Shown: positions 1 through 8,242 of the stretch, piece by piece
Position numbering within the stretch: position 1 is the first letter of the stretch
Layout: each line of letters opens with the position of its first letter
Source of the DNA: Aquificaceae bacterium
Lineage (GTDB): Bacteria > Aquificota > Aquificia > Aquificales > Aquificaceae
Assembly (NCBI GenBank): GCA_037924335.1
Contig: JAXSMZ010000029.1
Span: 1-18,424 of the forward strand
Reading direction: 5' to 3'
Length of the DNA: 18,424 bases
Translations under genes and position numbers: made by a program
The notes under the pieces: generated by a model
Seen by the model: only the letters and a program-made list of their open reading frames with translations
What the model was told of the DNA's origin: nothing
The model's database searches: none

Positions 1-36
1 AAACTGCCAGGATCTTAGGCATAAACAGGATAACAC

Positions 37-822
37 TCAGGAAGATGTTAGAAGCTCTTGCACCCTCTCCAAAAGCTTAATGTTCCTCATGGCCCTTTCC
101 CTACTCTTTGTATCGTACTCACCCCTTAGAAAGCTCTCAAGCATCATCTTAAGCTTGTCCCTTTTTTCCTGAAGGATAAGTTCTCCCCCTTTCCACACTT
201 CCTCTTTGGCAAAGTCTAAAACCAGTTCCCCACCGTTTATGAACCACTTTCTTGAAGGGCTTGGATGTTCCCATGCAACGCTCAATCTAAACATTACTCC
301 ATCGGCTTTCCCTTCAATATTCCAAGCCTTGTCCTTTTTAAAGCTCTCTATCCTTATATCCTCAAAGAAAAGCTGAAGCATGTAAAGGTCATGCCAGGCC
401 AGGTCCCAAAGGGGTGATATGTATCCTCTTCCACTTCCAAGCCTTTCTATCCTTATTTCTTCCAGATCCTTTGGAAAGTATCGTATGCAAGATGAAAAGG
501 TCTCTATCTCGGACACATAGAGGTTTGGATAGCTGTTTATTCTCTCAAAATCATGGGAGGAAAGGGCTGGGGGTTTTTCAAGGAGGACATGGCATCCCTT
601 CTCAAGAAACTTTTGAGCAACCTCCACATGCATGTATGGGTCTATGGCTATTATCGCAGCCTTTAGCTCCTCATCTATGTCTCCAAAGTGACAGTAAAAG
701 GGATGTTTACCCGTGTCTTTGCTTGGGTCCTTGTCGCAAAGAACGAGCTTTTCTCCCATATCTTCCAGCTTACTGAGATACTTTTTCCCCATGTTTCCAA
801 GACCTACAAGAAGAACGTGCAT
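37..822 (-). CDS. Gfo/Idh/MocA family NAD(P)-dependent oxidoreductase
   Basis: N-terminal Rossmann motif VGLGNMG, HVLLEKP motif and DLAWHD motif typical of the family; start directly abuts the metF stop (TAA-ATG). Confidence 0.85.
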   Translation of the reverse strand: MHVLLVGLGNMGKKYLSKLEDMGEKLVLCDKDPSKDTGKHPFYCHFGDIDEELKAAIIAIDPYMHVEVAQKFLEKGCHVLLEKPPALSSHDFERINSYPNLYVSEIETFSSCIRYFPKDLEEIRIERLGSGRGYISPLWDLAWHDLYMLQLFFEDIRIESFKKDKAWNIEGKADGVMFRLSVAWEHPSPSRKWFINGGELVLDFAKEEVWKGGELILQEKRDKLKMMLESFLRGEYDTKSRERAMRNIKLLERVQELLTSS

Positions 823-1707
823 TTATATACCTCTAACAAGCTCTAACTCTCCCTTTATGGCCCTGTATATCTCCAACGTTGCTTTGGACTTGTTTAAAGT
901 GTAAAAGTGAAGCCCAGGGGCATTGTTCTTCAAAAGGTCTATACATTGGTCTATGGCATAGTCTATACCTATCTTTGCAATGGTCTCGTTGTCTTCCATG
1001 TATGGTTCCATCTTTTCTATCAGATGTCTTGGTATTGTAGCACCGCACATGGATGCAAACTTGCTTATCTGCTTAAAGTTTGTTATGGGCATGATACCGG
1101 GCAGTATAGGAATATCTATGCCTTCTTTTTGACACATGTCAAGGAACCTGTAGTAATAGGAGTTTTCGAAAAACATCTGAGTTATTGAAAAGTCTGCTCC
1201 AGCTTCCACTTTCTCCTTGAAGAACCTGATCTCCCATTCCATGTTTGGGGACTCAGGATGACCCTCTGGGTAGGATGCAACGCCTATGGAAAAGTGTTGA
1301 CCAAAAACATTCCTTATGAGCTTTACGAGTTCCAATGCATGCTTACAGGCTGTCTCTGGTACTTGGGAGTCTTTCGGCATATCACCCCTAAGAGCCAGTA
1401 CATTCTCTATCCCTATGCTCTTGTATTCTCTGAGTATTGTCAAGACCTCTTCTTTTGAATGAGCTATGCATGTGAGGTGCGCCATCACTGTAAGGTTTAT
1501 TTCCCTGTGTATCCTTTCTACAACCCTCTTTGTCCTTTCTCTTGTGCTTCCACCGGCTCCGTAAGTGACAGATACAAAGGTAGGACGTATAGGCTCTAAA
1601 TTCTTTATGGTCTCAAAGAGCTCCTTTTCTCCCTCTTCTGTTTTTGGTGGGAAGAACTCAAAGGACACGCTAAATATTCCTTGCTTTAGTACTTCTTCTA
1701 TCTTCAA
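823..1707 (-). CDS. metF: 5,10-methylenetetrahydrofolate reductase
   Basis: [45 protein letters not shown] and GLHFYTLN motifs; TTG start preceded by GGAGG. Confidence 0.97.
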   Translation of the reverse strand: MKIEEVLKQGIFSVSFEFFPPKTEEGEKELFETIKNLEPIRPTFVSVTYGAGGSTRERTKRVVERIHREINLTVMAHLTCIAHSKEEVLTILREYKSIGIENVLALRGDMPKDSQVPETACKHALELVKLIRNVFGQHFSIGVASYPEGHPESPNMEWEIRFFKEKVEAGADFSITQMFFENSYYYRFLDMCQKEGIDIPILPGIMPITNFKQISKFASMCGATIPRHLIEKMEPYMEDNETIAKIGIDYAIDQCIDLLKNNAPGLHFYTLNKSKATLEIYRAIKGELELVRGI

Positions 1708-2017
1708 AGAATACCTCCATAAGGCTTATGATCTTCATCTTGCATGGTGATGGGGATTTCAAAAATACAGACAGGGCACCTATCAGTTTATCTACATCCT
1801 TCTCATGGTCTTTGCTGAACCTGTAGAGGTACTCAAGAGAACCTTCCACTTCGTGAAGTAGCTCCTTTTCTGATAGCACATCGTCCAGGCTTTTCCCTTT
1901 CTGAAAGGACCTTAGTAGCTTTACTATCTTACTTATGAGGTCATCCCTTGTCTTCCCCCATCTTATATCCGTGTAGTCTTTTATCACTCGGTAGAAAATC
2001 TCAAAAACTGGTTCCAT
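1670..2017 (-). CDS. hypothetical protein (115 aa)
   Basis: ATG directly follows the upstream stop (TAG-ATG) and the 3' end overlaps the metF start; no recognisable motif. Confidence 0.75.
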   Translation of the reverse strand: MEPVFEIFYRVIKDYTDIRWGKTRDDLISKIVKLLRSFQKGKSLDDVLSEKELLHEVEGSLEYLYRFSKDHEKDVDKLIGALSVFLKSPSPCKMKIISLMEVFFEDRRSTKARNI

Positions 2018-2317
2018 CTACTTGCTGAGTTCTTGTAGGTCCTTTATGAGCCTGTCCACCTCTATGGCTGGCATGGTAAGAGTTCTTATAGTCCCCCTGG
2101 AGCCAAGCTCTATGGCCATCTTAACTACAGTGTCGTTATCTGGAGCCTCCAGTATGTTCACAAAATCATAGGGGCCCATAACGGCATACTGGGCTATCAA
2201 CTTTACGTCAAACCTTTCCATAACCTCTCTGTCTACCTCTTTTATCCTCTCTGGCTTATGCTTGAGCGTTTTCATACCTTCGTCCGTCAACGTGGTCAGC
2301 ATAACAAACAGTGGCAT
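2018..2317 (-). CDS. GYD domain-containing protein
   Basis: 99 aa with [17 protein letters not shown] and [10 protein letters not shown], typical of the GYD family; strong SD AGGAGGTG upstream. Confidence 0.88.
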   Translation of the reverse strand: MPLFVMLTTLTDEGMKTLKHKPERIKEVDREVMERFDVKLIAQYAVMGPYDFVNILEAPDNDTVVKMAIELGSRGTIRTLTMPAIEVDRLIKDLQELSK

Positions 2318-2361
2318 GTTATCACCTCCTTAAGTTCTTCTTAGGATATATTTTACTCCCT

Positions 2362-4353
2362 ATGAAGGTAAAAGAAGGCTTTTTACTCAGAACGAATTTA
2401 AAACCGGCTGGAGATCAGCCGAAGGCTATAAGGGATCTTTTAGATAACTTGGAATATGGGGTAAAGGAACAGGTTCTTTTGGGAGCCACGGGTACGGGCA
2501 AAACCTTCACTCTTGCCAATGTAATAGCTCAGTACAACAGACCCACATTGGTGATAGCACACAACAAGATATTAGCAGCACAGCTTTACAGAGAGTTCAA
2601 AGAGCTTTTTCCTGAGAATAGAGTTGAATACTTCATATCCTATTATGATTACTACCAGCCTGAGGCCTACATACCAGAGAAGGACCTTTACATAGAGAAG
2701 GACGCTTCCATAAACGAAATTCTTGAAAGGTATAGACATTCTGCTACCATTTCTGTTTTGGAAAGGAGGGATGTTATTGTTGTAGCTTCAGTGTCTTGCA
2801 TATACGGCCTTGGTTCTCCAGAAGCTTACTATTCCCTGAGAGTTCAGCTAAGGGTTGGTGAAAGGGTGAGCATAAGCAAGCTCTCGAGAAAGCTTGTTGA
2901 GATAGGCTACGAGAGAAACGATTACGCTTATAAAAGGGCCAGCTTTTCTGTGAAAGGTCATGTTCTTGAAGTCATACCCTCCGACTTGGAGGACCAGATG
3001 GTAAGGATAGAGTTCTGGGATGACCAGATAGATGGCATAAGCCTTGTAGACATATTAAACAGGCACGAGCTTGAGAATCTTCAATCCATAACACTTTTCC
3101 CAGCATCGCACTACATAGCGCCCAAAAGCACTTTAGATTATGCCTTGGTACAGATAGAAAAGGACCTCAAAGAAAGAGTTGCATGGTTCAGGTCTCAAGG
3201 TAGAGAAGTGGAGGCAAAAAGACTCTATCAGAGAACCATGTACGATATGGAGATGATAAGGGAGATAGGGCACTGCAAAGGTATAGAGAACTATTCAAGG
3301 TACTTTGACGGCAGAAAACCAGGAGAGCCACCCTTTACACTCCTTGACTACTTCCCAAGAGATTTTTTGCTCATAATAGATGAGTCTCATGTCACAGTTC
3401 CTCAGATAAGGGCCATGTACAATGGAGACAGGTCAAGGAAAGAAAAGCTTGTAGATTATGGATGGAGGCTCCCATCCGCTCTGGATAACAGACCACTCAA
3501 GTTTGAGGAGTTTTTGGAGAAGATAAACCAGGTTATCTATGTGTCCGCAACGCCTGGAGACTGGGAGGTCCAAAGGAGTAAGGGAGTAATGGTAGAACAG
3601 ATAGTAAGACCAACAGGTCTTTTGGACCCAGAGATAGAGGTAAGAGGCACAAAGGGACAACTGGAGAACCTGCTCATGGAGATTCAAGAGAGGAAAAAGA
3701 GGGGAGAGAGAGCTCTTGTACTTACTACAACTAAAAGGCTTGCGGAGGATGTGGCTGATTATCTTACAGAAAGGGGTATATGGGCTAAGTACATGCATTC
3801 TGACCTGGACGCCATAGAGAGGGCAAAGGTAGTAAAGGAGCTAAGAGAGGGTAGCATAGATGTCATAGTGGGGGTTAACCTTCTACGTGAGGGGTTAGAC
3901 CTCCCAGAGGTTTCACTTGTGGCTGTGCTGGACGCCGATAAAGAGGGCTTCTTAAGAAGTTACACATCTCTAATACAAACGATAGGAAGAGCGGCGAGAA
4001 ACTCTAACGGAAAAGCTATACTTTATGCAGAGAGAATAACAGAGTCTATGAGAAAAGCCATAGAAGAAACGAGCAGAAGAAGGGAAAAACAGGAGAAGCA
4101 CAATCAAGAACATGGTATAACACCAAAGAGCATAGTAAAACCAATAAAGGAGCTTCTTGCCATTGAGGAGCTGGACTATGTTAAGGTACCAGTTAAGTTG
4201 CCTAAGGGAATAAAGAACGAAGAAGACCTTATAGAAAAGATTAACAAACTTGAAAAGGAGATGATAGAGCATGCAAAAAGGTGGGAGTTTGAAAAAGCTG
4301 CAAAGTTAAGGGATGAGATAAAAAGGCTAAGAGATCTTTTAAATCTAGTTTAG
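2362..4353 (+). CDS. uvrB: excinuclease ABC subunit B
   Basis: PAGDQP, Walker [19 protein letters not shown] beta-hairpin, [13 protein letters not shown] and C-terminal UVR domain ([11 protein letters not shown]); start moved to the in-frame ATG at 2362. Confidence 0.98.
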   Translation: MKVKEGFLLRTNLKPAGDQPKAIRDLLDNLEYGVKEQVLLGATGTGKTFTLANVIAQYNRPTLVIAHNKILAAQLYREFKELFPENRVEYFISYYDYYQPEAYIPEKDLYIEKDASINEILERYRHSATISVLERRDVIVVASVSCIYGLGSPEAYYSLRVQLRVGERVSISKLSRKLVEIGYERNDYAYKRASFSVKGHVLEVIPSDLEDQMVRIEFWDDQIDGISLVDILNRHELENLQSITLFPASHYIAPKSTLDYALVQIEKDLKERVAWFRSQGREVEAKRLYQRTMYDMEMIREIGHCKGIENYSRYFDGRKPGEPPFTLLDYFPRDFLLIIDESHVTVPQIRAMYNGDRSRKEKLVDYGWRLPSALDNRPLKFEEFLEKINQVIYVSATPGDWEVQRSKGVMVEQIVRPTGLLDPEIEVRGTKGQLENLLMEIQERKKRGERALVLTTTKRLAEDVADYLTERGIWAKYMHSDLDAIERAKVVKELREGSIDVIVGVNLLREGLDLPEVSLVAVLDADKEGFLRSYTSLIQTIGRAARNSNGKAILYAERITESMRKAIEETSRRREKQEKHNQEHGITPKSIVKPIKELLAIEELDYVKVPVKLPKGIKNEEDLIEKINKLEKEMIEHAKRWEFEKAAKLRDEIKRLRDLLNLV

Positions 4354-4363
4354 GAGGCTTGAA

Positions 4364-4936
4364 ATGCACAAGTTTGACCCATCAAAGTTGAATAAGTTGG
4401 ATGACCCATCAAGGGTTGAAGTTTTTGACCCAGTTAAAGGTTTAAGAGAATTTGGACTCAGGAAGGGCATGAAAGTTCTCGATGTGGGTACGGGTGCAGG
4501 TTTTTATCTTCCCTACCTTTCCCAATATGTGGGAGAAGAAGGATACGTTTATGCTATAGACACGGAGGAGCTAGCAGTTGAATATACTAAAAGGAAAATC
4601 GAATCCTTGAACCTAAGGAACGTTGAGGTCCTAAGATCACAGGAGAGCATTATCCCCCTTCCCAATAGAACAGTGGACTTTATCTTCATGGCCTTTGTCT
4701 TTCATGAGCTTTCTGAACCTTTGGAGTTTCTTAAGGAACTGAGGAGAGTCTCCAAGGATGGGGCTTATCTCTGTCTCATAGACTGGAAGAAGGAGCAAAG
4801 GGACAAAGGACCACCACCAGAGGAGGTATACTCCGAATGGGAGGTGGGTCTTATGCTTGAAGAGGCTGGGCTAAAGGTAGGAAGAGTCATAGAGGTGAGC
4901 AGGTACGCTTACGGAGTTTATGCTATTTTTAAGTGA
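4364..4936 (+). CDS. class I SAM-dependent methyltransferase (UbiE-like)
   Basis: VLDVGTGAG motif I, YVYAID, FVFHE, IDW..GPP; SD AGGAGG upstream. Confidence 0.88.
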   Translation: MHKFDPSKLNKLDDPSRVEVFDPVKGLREFGLRKGMKVLDVGTGAGFYLPYLSQYVGEEGYVYAIDTEELAVEYTKRKIESLNLRNVEVLRSQESIIPLPNRTVDFIFMAFVFHELSEPLEFLKELRRVSKDGAYLCLIDWKKEQRDKGPPPEEVYSEWEVGLMLEEAGLKVGRVIEVSRYAYGVYAIFK

Positions 4937-4958
4937 ATTACCCTGGCAGCACAAAAGC

Positions 4959-5104
4959 TTTGACCTTGTTATTTTGGTAGGTAGAGCAGGTGGTTTTGCT
5001 TCTGCCATTAGAGCAGATGAGCTTGGAGCAAAGACACTGATGATAAATGCTGGTCTTCCACTTGGTGGAACATATATGTTGGTTGTGTCCCATCCAAAAG
5101 ATTA
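4959..5104 (+). pseudogene. merA: N-terminal fragment of a pyridine nucleotide-disulfide oxidoreductase, most like mercuric reductase
   Basis: FDLVILVGRAGGFASAIRADELGAKTLMINAGLPLGGT followed in a shifted frame (from 5078) by VGCVPSKRL; only 5 nt separate GGT from VGCVPSK instead of the 9 nt expected for CVN; rest of the gene is absent. Confidence 0.75.
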
Positions 5105-5136
5105 TATCTTAGACAAAGCGGTTGTCAGGATAAAGC

Positions 5137-5154
5137 TATAACACATGTTATAAT
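5137..5154 (+). promoter_or_regulatory. extended -10 promoter (TGtTATAAT) of the csgG-like gene overlapped by a 7-bp inverted repeat
   Basis: TG at 5146-5147, TATAAT at 5149-5154; TATAACA-CA-TGTTATA at 5137-5152. Confidence 0.6.
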
Positions 5155-5186
5155 TAGATAACAGAATCCCAATTAGGAGGCTTCAA

Positions 5187-5966
5187 ATGAGGAAAGGAGT
5201 TTTTGCAATAGGTTTAAGCCTTTCTGTGGCTTTTGCTCAAAGCGGAGACACTAAAACCACGGAAAGACAAATACCTGTGGTAAAGTGCTCAGAACCTGTT
5301 GCATCTTTGATGGTTATGGAACTTGATTGTAAGGCGAATTCTTGCCAACAGCCGAATCCTGGAACGCCTCACATAGCATACATCTATGAGGTGCTGTCAG
5401 GAACTGGCGGTGTAAAGGGTTTTGGAACTGGTATGACTACGATGCTCACCAATGCCCTTAAGGCTACCAACTGTTTCAGAATAGTGGACCTTGAACAGTA
5501 TGAAAAGATGAAGAAACTTCTAGCAGCTACTGGACAGCAAGTGCAACCGCCAAAGGTTGATCATGTAGTTTCTGGTTCAATAACAGCTCTTGAGCTTGAA
5601 AGAAGTGGAGGAGCTCTTGGAGGCGGTTTCATACCCGTGCTTGGAGCTATAAATGTAAGAAAAGACAAGGCAAGGATAGGCGTAGAAATAAACGTTATGA
5701 ACCCACAAACGCTTGAAATAGCCTTCTCTAACTCCTTCGATGCAAACTCAGAGAAGTCTTCTTGGGGGCTTTTTGGTGCAGGATGGGGTGGCGGAGGTGC
5801 AGCTGGTGGAGGATGGAGCGTAAGCAAGAACATGTCTCTCGATATGGTTGCGCGAGATGTAGTTGTGCAGATTGCAAACTCTATAGCGGAAAAACTCGCC
5901 GGCAATAAGATAGTAGAAAGACCAGCACCACCCAAAAAGGAGGAAGTGCAACAGAGCAGTGAATAA
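5187..5966 (+). CDS. CsgG/HfaB family exported protein
   Basis: Signal peptide ending AFA-Q, GMTTMLTNALKATNCFRIVD and VVSGSITALE segments typical of the CsgG fold, Gly-rich beta-hairpin inserts; SD AGGAGG. Confidence 0.8.
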   Translation: MRKGVFAIGLSLSVAFAQSGDTKTTERQIPVVKCSEPVASLMVMELDCKANSCQQPNPGTPHIAYIYEVLSGTGGVKGFGTGMTTMLTNALKATNCFRIVDLEQYEKMKKLLAATGQQVQPPKVDHVVSGSITALELERSGGALGGGFIPVLGAINVRKDKARIGVEINVMNPQTLEIAFSNSFDANSEKSSWGLFGAGWGGGGAAGGGWSVSKNMSLDMVARDVVVQIANSIAEKLAGNKIVERPAPPKKEEVQQSSE

Positions 5967-6060
5967 AAACTTCTACCTTCTTCGTCATGCCCAGAGTGAG
6001 TATGAGGTGGTTTGGCATTGCAAGTTCATAAGTGGGGGTTTATGCCAAAAGCTTTGCTAA
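5959..6060 (+). pseudogene. N-terminal stub of a histidine phosphatase (PspB/phosphoglycerate mutase-like)
   Basis: GTG start overlapping the csgG stop, reading MNKNFYLLRHAQSEYE then unrelated sequence and a stop after 33 codons. Confidence 0.65.
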
Positions 6061-6072
6061 AATAGTACAAAT

Positions 6073-6321
6073 ATGTGGTTCAAGGATGAGCTCAGTAAAG
6101 AAGGTATAACTATAGAAAGTAGGTACATGATATATTCCTCGAAGGATACCACTTACATAGTACCTTACGCTCATATAAGAACTATAGAGGTGAAGGGGAA
6201 CAAGCTTACAATATACACGGGTGGTGTGGAGAGAATAGTTATAAACATGAAGGATGAAGATACTACCAAACTTCTCTTGGAAGCCATACTCACAGGAATA
6301 GAAAAACTATATCTAAAGTAA
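6073..6321 (+). CDS. hypothetical protein (82 aa, beta-rich with C-terminal helix, possibly PH-like)
   Basis: ORF with normal codon style, preceded by TGcTAAAAT (6055-6063); the fold suggestion is inference from YIVPYAHIRTIEV..KLTIY plus a terminal helix. Confidence 0.7.
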   Translation: MWFKDELSKEGITIESRYMIYSSKDTTYIVPYAHIRTIEVKGNKLTIYTGGVERIVINMKDEDTTKLLLEAILTGIEKLYLK

Positions 6322-6594
6322 CCCGCCCGCTATGGCTGGCACTATGGATAAAACATCACCATCCTTTAGCTCATTGTCTATGCCCTTGAGAAACCTTATG
6401 TCTTCATCGTTCAGGTAAAGGTTGACAAACCTTCTTAGGTCTCCCTTTTCATCCAAGAGCCTCTCTTTAAAACCCGGAAACATAGTATCAAGCTTTTCTA
6501 TAGCTTCTCTTACAGTTTTTGCCTCTATCTGAACTTCACCCTGCCCGTTGGCTACTCTCCTGAGCGGTGTGGGAATTCTCACCGTAACGGCCAT
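6313..6594 (-). CDS. MoaD/ThiS/CysO-like ubiquitin-fold sulfur carrier protein
   Basis: VRIPTPLR, RRFVNLYLNDEDIRFL, LKDGDVLSIVPAIAGG; start placed at MAVTV behind SD GGAGG; ends GG-LL. Confidence 0.9.
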   Translation of the reverse strand: MAVTVRIPTPLRRVANGQGEVQIEAKTVREAIEKLDTMFPGFKERLLDEKGDLRRFVNLYLNDEDIRFLKGIDNELKDGDVLSIVPAIAGGLL

Positions 6595-6615
6595 TCCTTT
6601 AACCTCCATTTAATA

Positions 6616-7908
6616 TTATAGCTCATCTCCGTAAGCTTTGTAAAGGACTTCTATAGGATGAAGGGGCCTTTTGCTTGTACCCAACTCTATCTGGTTGCTG
6701 GCAAGGGGGCAGTCGGAAACAAAGATGTCCGCCTGCGATGTTTTAAGCTCTTCAAAAAGCCTTGAGCCTACTCTATAAGCCATATCAAAGGTATCCCTTT
6801 TCACACCAAAGGTTCCATCATGCCCAGAGCATCTTTCCACTATCCTAACCTTCGTGTTGGGAATTAGTCTCATCAGAGCAGCAGCTTTGTATCCTATGTT
6901 TAGGGACTTAAGGTGGCAAGGTATGTGGTAAGCTATGCTTCCCATGGAGTTTTTAAAGTCAGTGTTTAGTTTTCCTTCTTCCTTTAGCTTCCAAAGGTAC
7001 TCATGCACATCGTATACCTTCTCAGATACAGCCTTTACATCTGGGTCATCTGGCAAGAGAAGGGGATACTCGTACTTTACCTGAAGGGCACAGGTTGGAA
7101 CTGGAAAGACTATACTGTAGCCCTTTTCTATGTAAGGCTTCAGTCTCTCTACGTTGAACTTGGCTCTTTTAATGACTGAGTCTATATCTCCTATATCAAA
7201 GAAGGGTATACCACAGCACTGTTGCTCGGGAACTTCCAAGAGTATATCGTTCTTCTCCAAAACCCTCACAAGGGCTTTGCCCTTTTCAAGGTAGTTGTAG
7301 TTCAGAAGGCATGTATAAAAGAGAACCGCCTTCCCGCTTTCCCCCTTCACCTTTCTCCTATTTTTCTCAAACCAGCTCAAAAAGCTCTCATCGTTGAAAG
7401 AGGGAAGTTTAGCCCTTCTGTCTATACCCATGAAGTTTTCCAGGATTACCCTGACGGGTTTTGACTTGTTTAAAAGGTTCACAAGAGGAGAGAAAGGCAG
7501 TGATACCTTACCTATGAGGTCTGTATTCAATAGAAGCTTGTCAGTGAGCTTTGCTCCTTTGTTTTTGAACTTCCAGACCTTGTACCTCAAAGATAGATGG
7601 GGAAAGTCTATCCTCCATTCGTGGGGTGGAGTGTAGGGGCATTTAAAGTAGCATTGCTTACAGTGGAAGCAAAGCTCTAATGGTTTTGCAAGCTCTTCTT
7701 TGCTCAGTGCTCTTACGTCATCATCGTGCCCGTCAACTGCATCAAATAGAGTCGGAAATGAGGGACAGTAAGGTATACACATCCTGCAATCCTTGCATTT
7801 GGAAAAAACCCTTCTTGCCTCCTCCCAAAGGGCTTCCTCATCTAAGAACTTGGGGTCCTTGATATCAAAGTTAAAGTCTTTTACACCACCTAAGGCAACC
7901 TCTTGCAT
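6616..7908 (-). CDS. GlpC/HdrD-like Fe-S oxidoreductase with two CCG domains (rubrerythrin-associated type)
   Basis: CKDCRMCIPYCP and CFHCKQCYFKCPYTPPHEWRIDFPHL ferredoxin-like motifs; QQCCG, YHIPCHL, RCSGHDGTFG, SDCP; SD AGGAGGT. Confidence 0.88.
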   Translation of the reverse strand: MQEVALGGVKDFNFDIKDPKFLDEEALWEEARRVFSKCKDCRMCIPYCPSFPTLFDAVDGHDDDVRALSKEELAKPLELCFHCKQCYFKCPYTPPHEWRIDFPHLSLRYKVWKFKNKGAKLTDKLLLNTDLIGKVSLPFSPLVNLLNKSKPVRVILENFMGIDRRAKLPSFNDESFLSWFEKNRRKVKGESGKAVLFYTCLLNYNYLEKGKALVRVLEKNDILLEVPEQQCCGIPFFDIGDIDSVIKRAKFNVERLKPYIEKGYSIVFPVPTCALQVKYEYPLLLPDDPDVKAVSEKVYDVHEYLWKLKEEGKLNTDFKNSMGSIAYHIPCHLKSLNIGYKAAALMRLIPNTKVRIVERCSGHDGTFGVKRDTFDMAYRVGSRLFEELKTSQADIFVSDCPLASNQIELGTSKRPLHPIEVLYKAYGDEL

Positions 7909-7930
7909 ACCTACCTCCTTTAGAATTTAT

Positions 7931-7959
7931 ATTATATGCAAAATATTTTCATTTGTCAA
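7931..7959 (-). promoter_or_regulatory. consensus sigma70 promoter of the Fe-S oxidoreductase/moaD-like operon
   Basis: On the minus strand TTGACA (7959-7954), 17 bp spacer, TATAAT (7936-7931). Confidence 0.85.
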
Positions 7960-7978
7960 TTTGAATTTGATTATAATA

Positions 7979-8228
7979 ACCCGAGTTGCAAGTTATAAAG
8001 AGATATGGTAAAAAAGCTCCCTATAGTGTATTCCCATAGAACAGATTTCTGTGCAAACTACTGTAGTCATCTCTTCCCTAAAGTCCCTGATAAATCTACC
8101 TTCTCAAGAAGACTTGAGAAACTGCTACCTTATACGCAAACCATCATATTAAAACTTGGAGGTTATACAGGAGGCTTGCGGAGAGTGTGTTTGTGGAAAA
8201 TGAACCTAATATAACTTGCAACTTGCGT
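7979..8228 (+). mobile_element. IS982-family internally deleted element (MITE-like), copy 1, 250 bp
   Basis: Terminal IRs ACCCGAGTTGCAAGTTATA and TATAACTTGCAACTTGCGT; TATAATA on both sides (7972-7978, 8229-8235); transposase residue HLFPKVPDKSTFSRRLEKL. Confidence 0.88.
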
Positions 8229-8242
8229 TATAATAGTTTGTC

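Noticed and set aside
1..22. Possible start of a further minus-strand gene (MPKILAV...)
   Set aside because: Only 7 codons visible at the window edge, so it cannot be identified
2311..2361. ORF-track N-terminal extension of uvrB
   Set aside because: Overlaps the divergent GYD start and intergenic region; ATG at 2362 gives a normal UvrB N-terminus
4370..4440. Three imperfect TGACCCA repeats at the start of the methyltransferase
   Set aside because: They encode repeated DP motifs within the protein; too short and irregular for a CRISPR or DNA repeat array
4920..5141. 73-aa ORF as an intact gene
   Set aside because: Better explained as the frameshifted merA-like relic
8005..8214. 69-aa ORF as a controller protein or third RM component
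   Set aside because: Lies entirely inside IS982 copy 1 and is made of transposase fragments; no HTH motif
8216..8234. Hybrid promoter from IR TTGCAA plus flanking TATAAT
   Set aside because: Spacing is 7 bp, not about 17 bp
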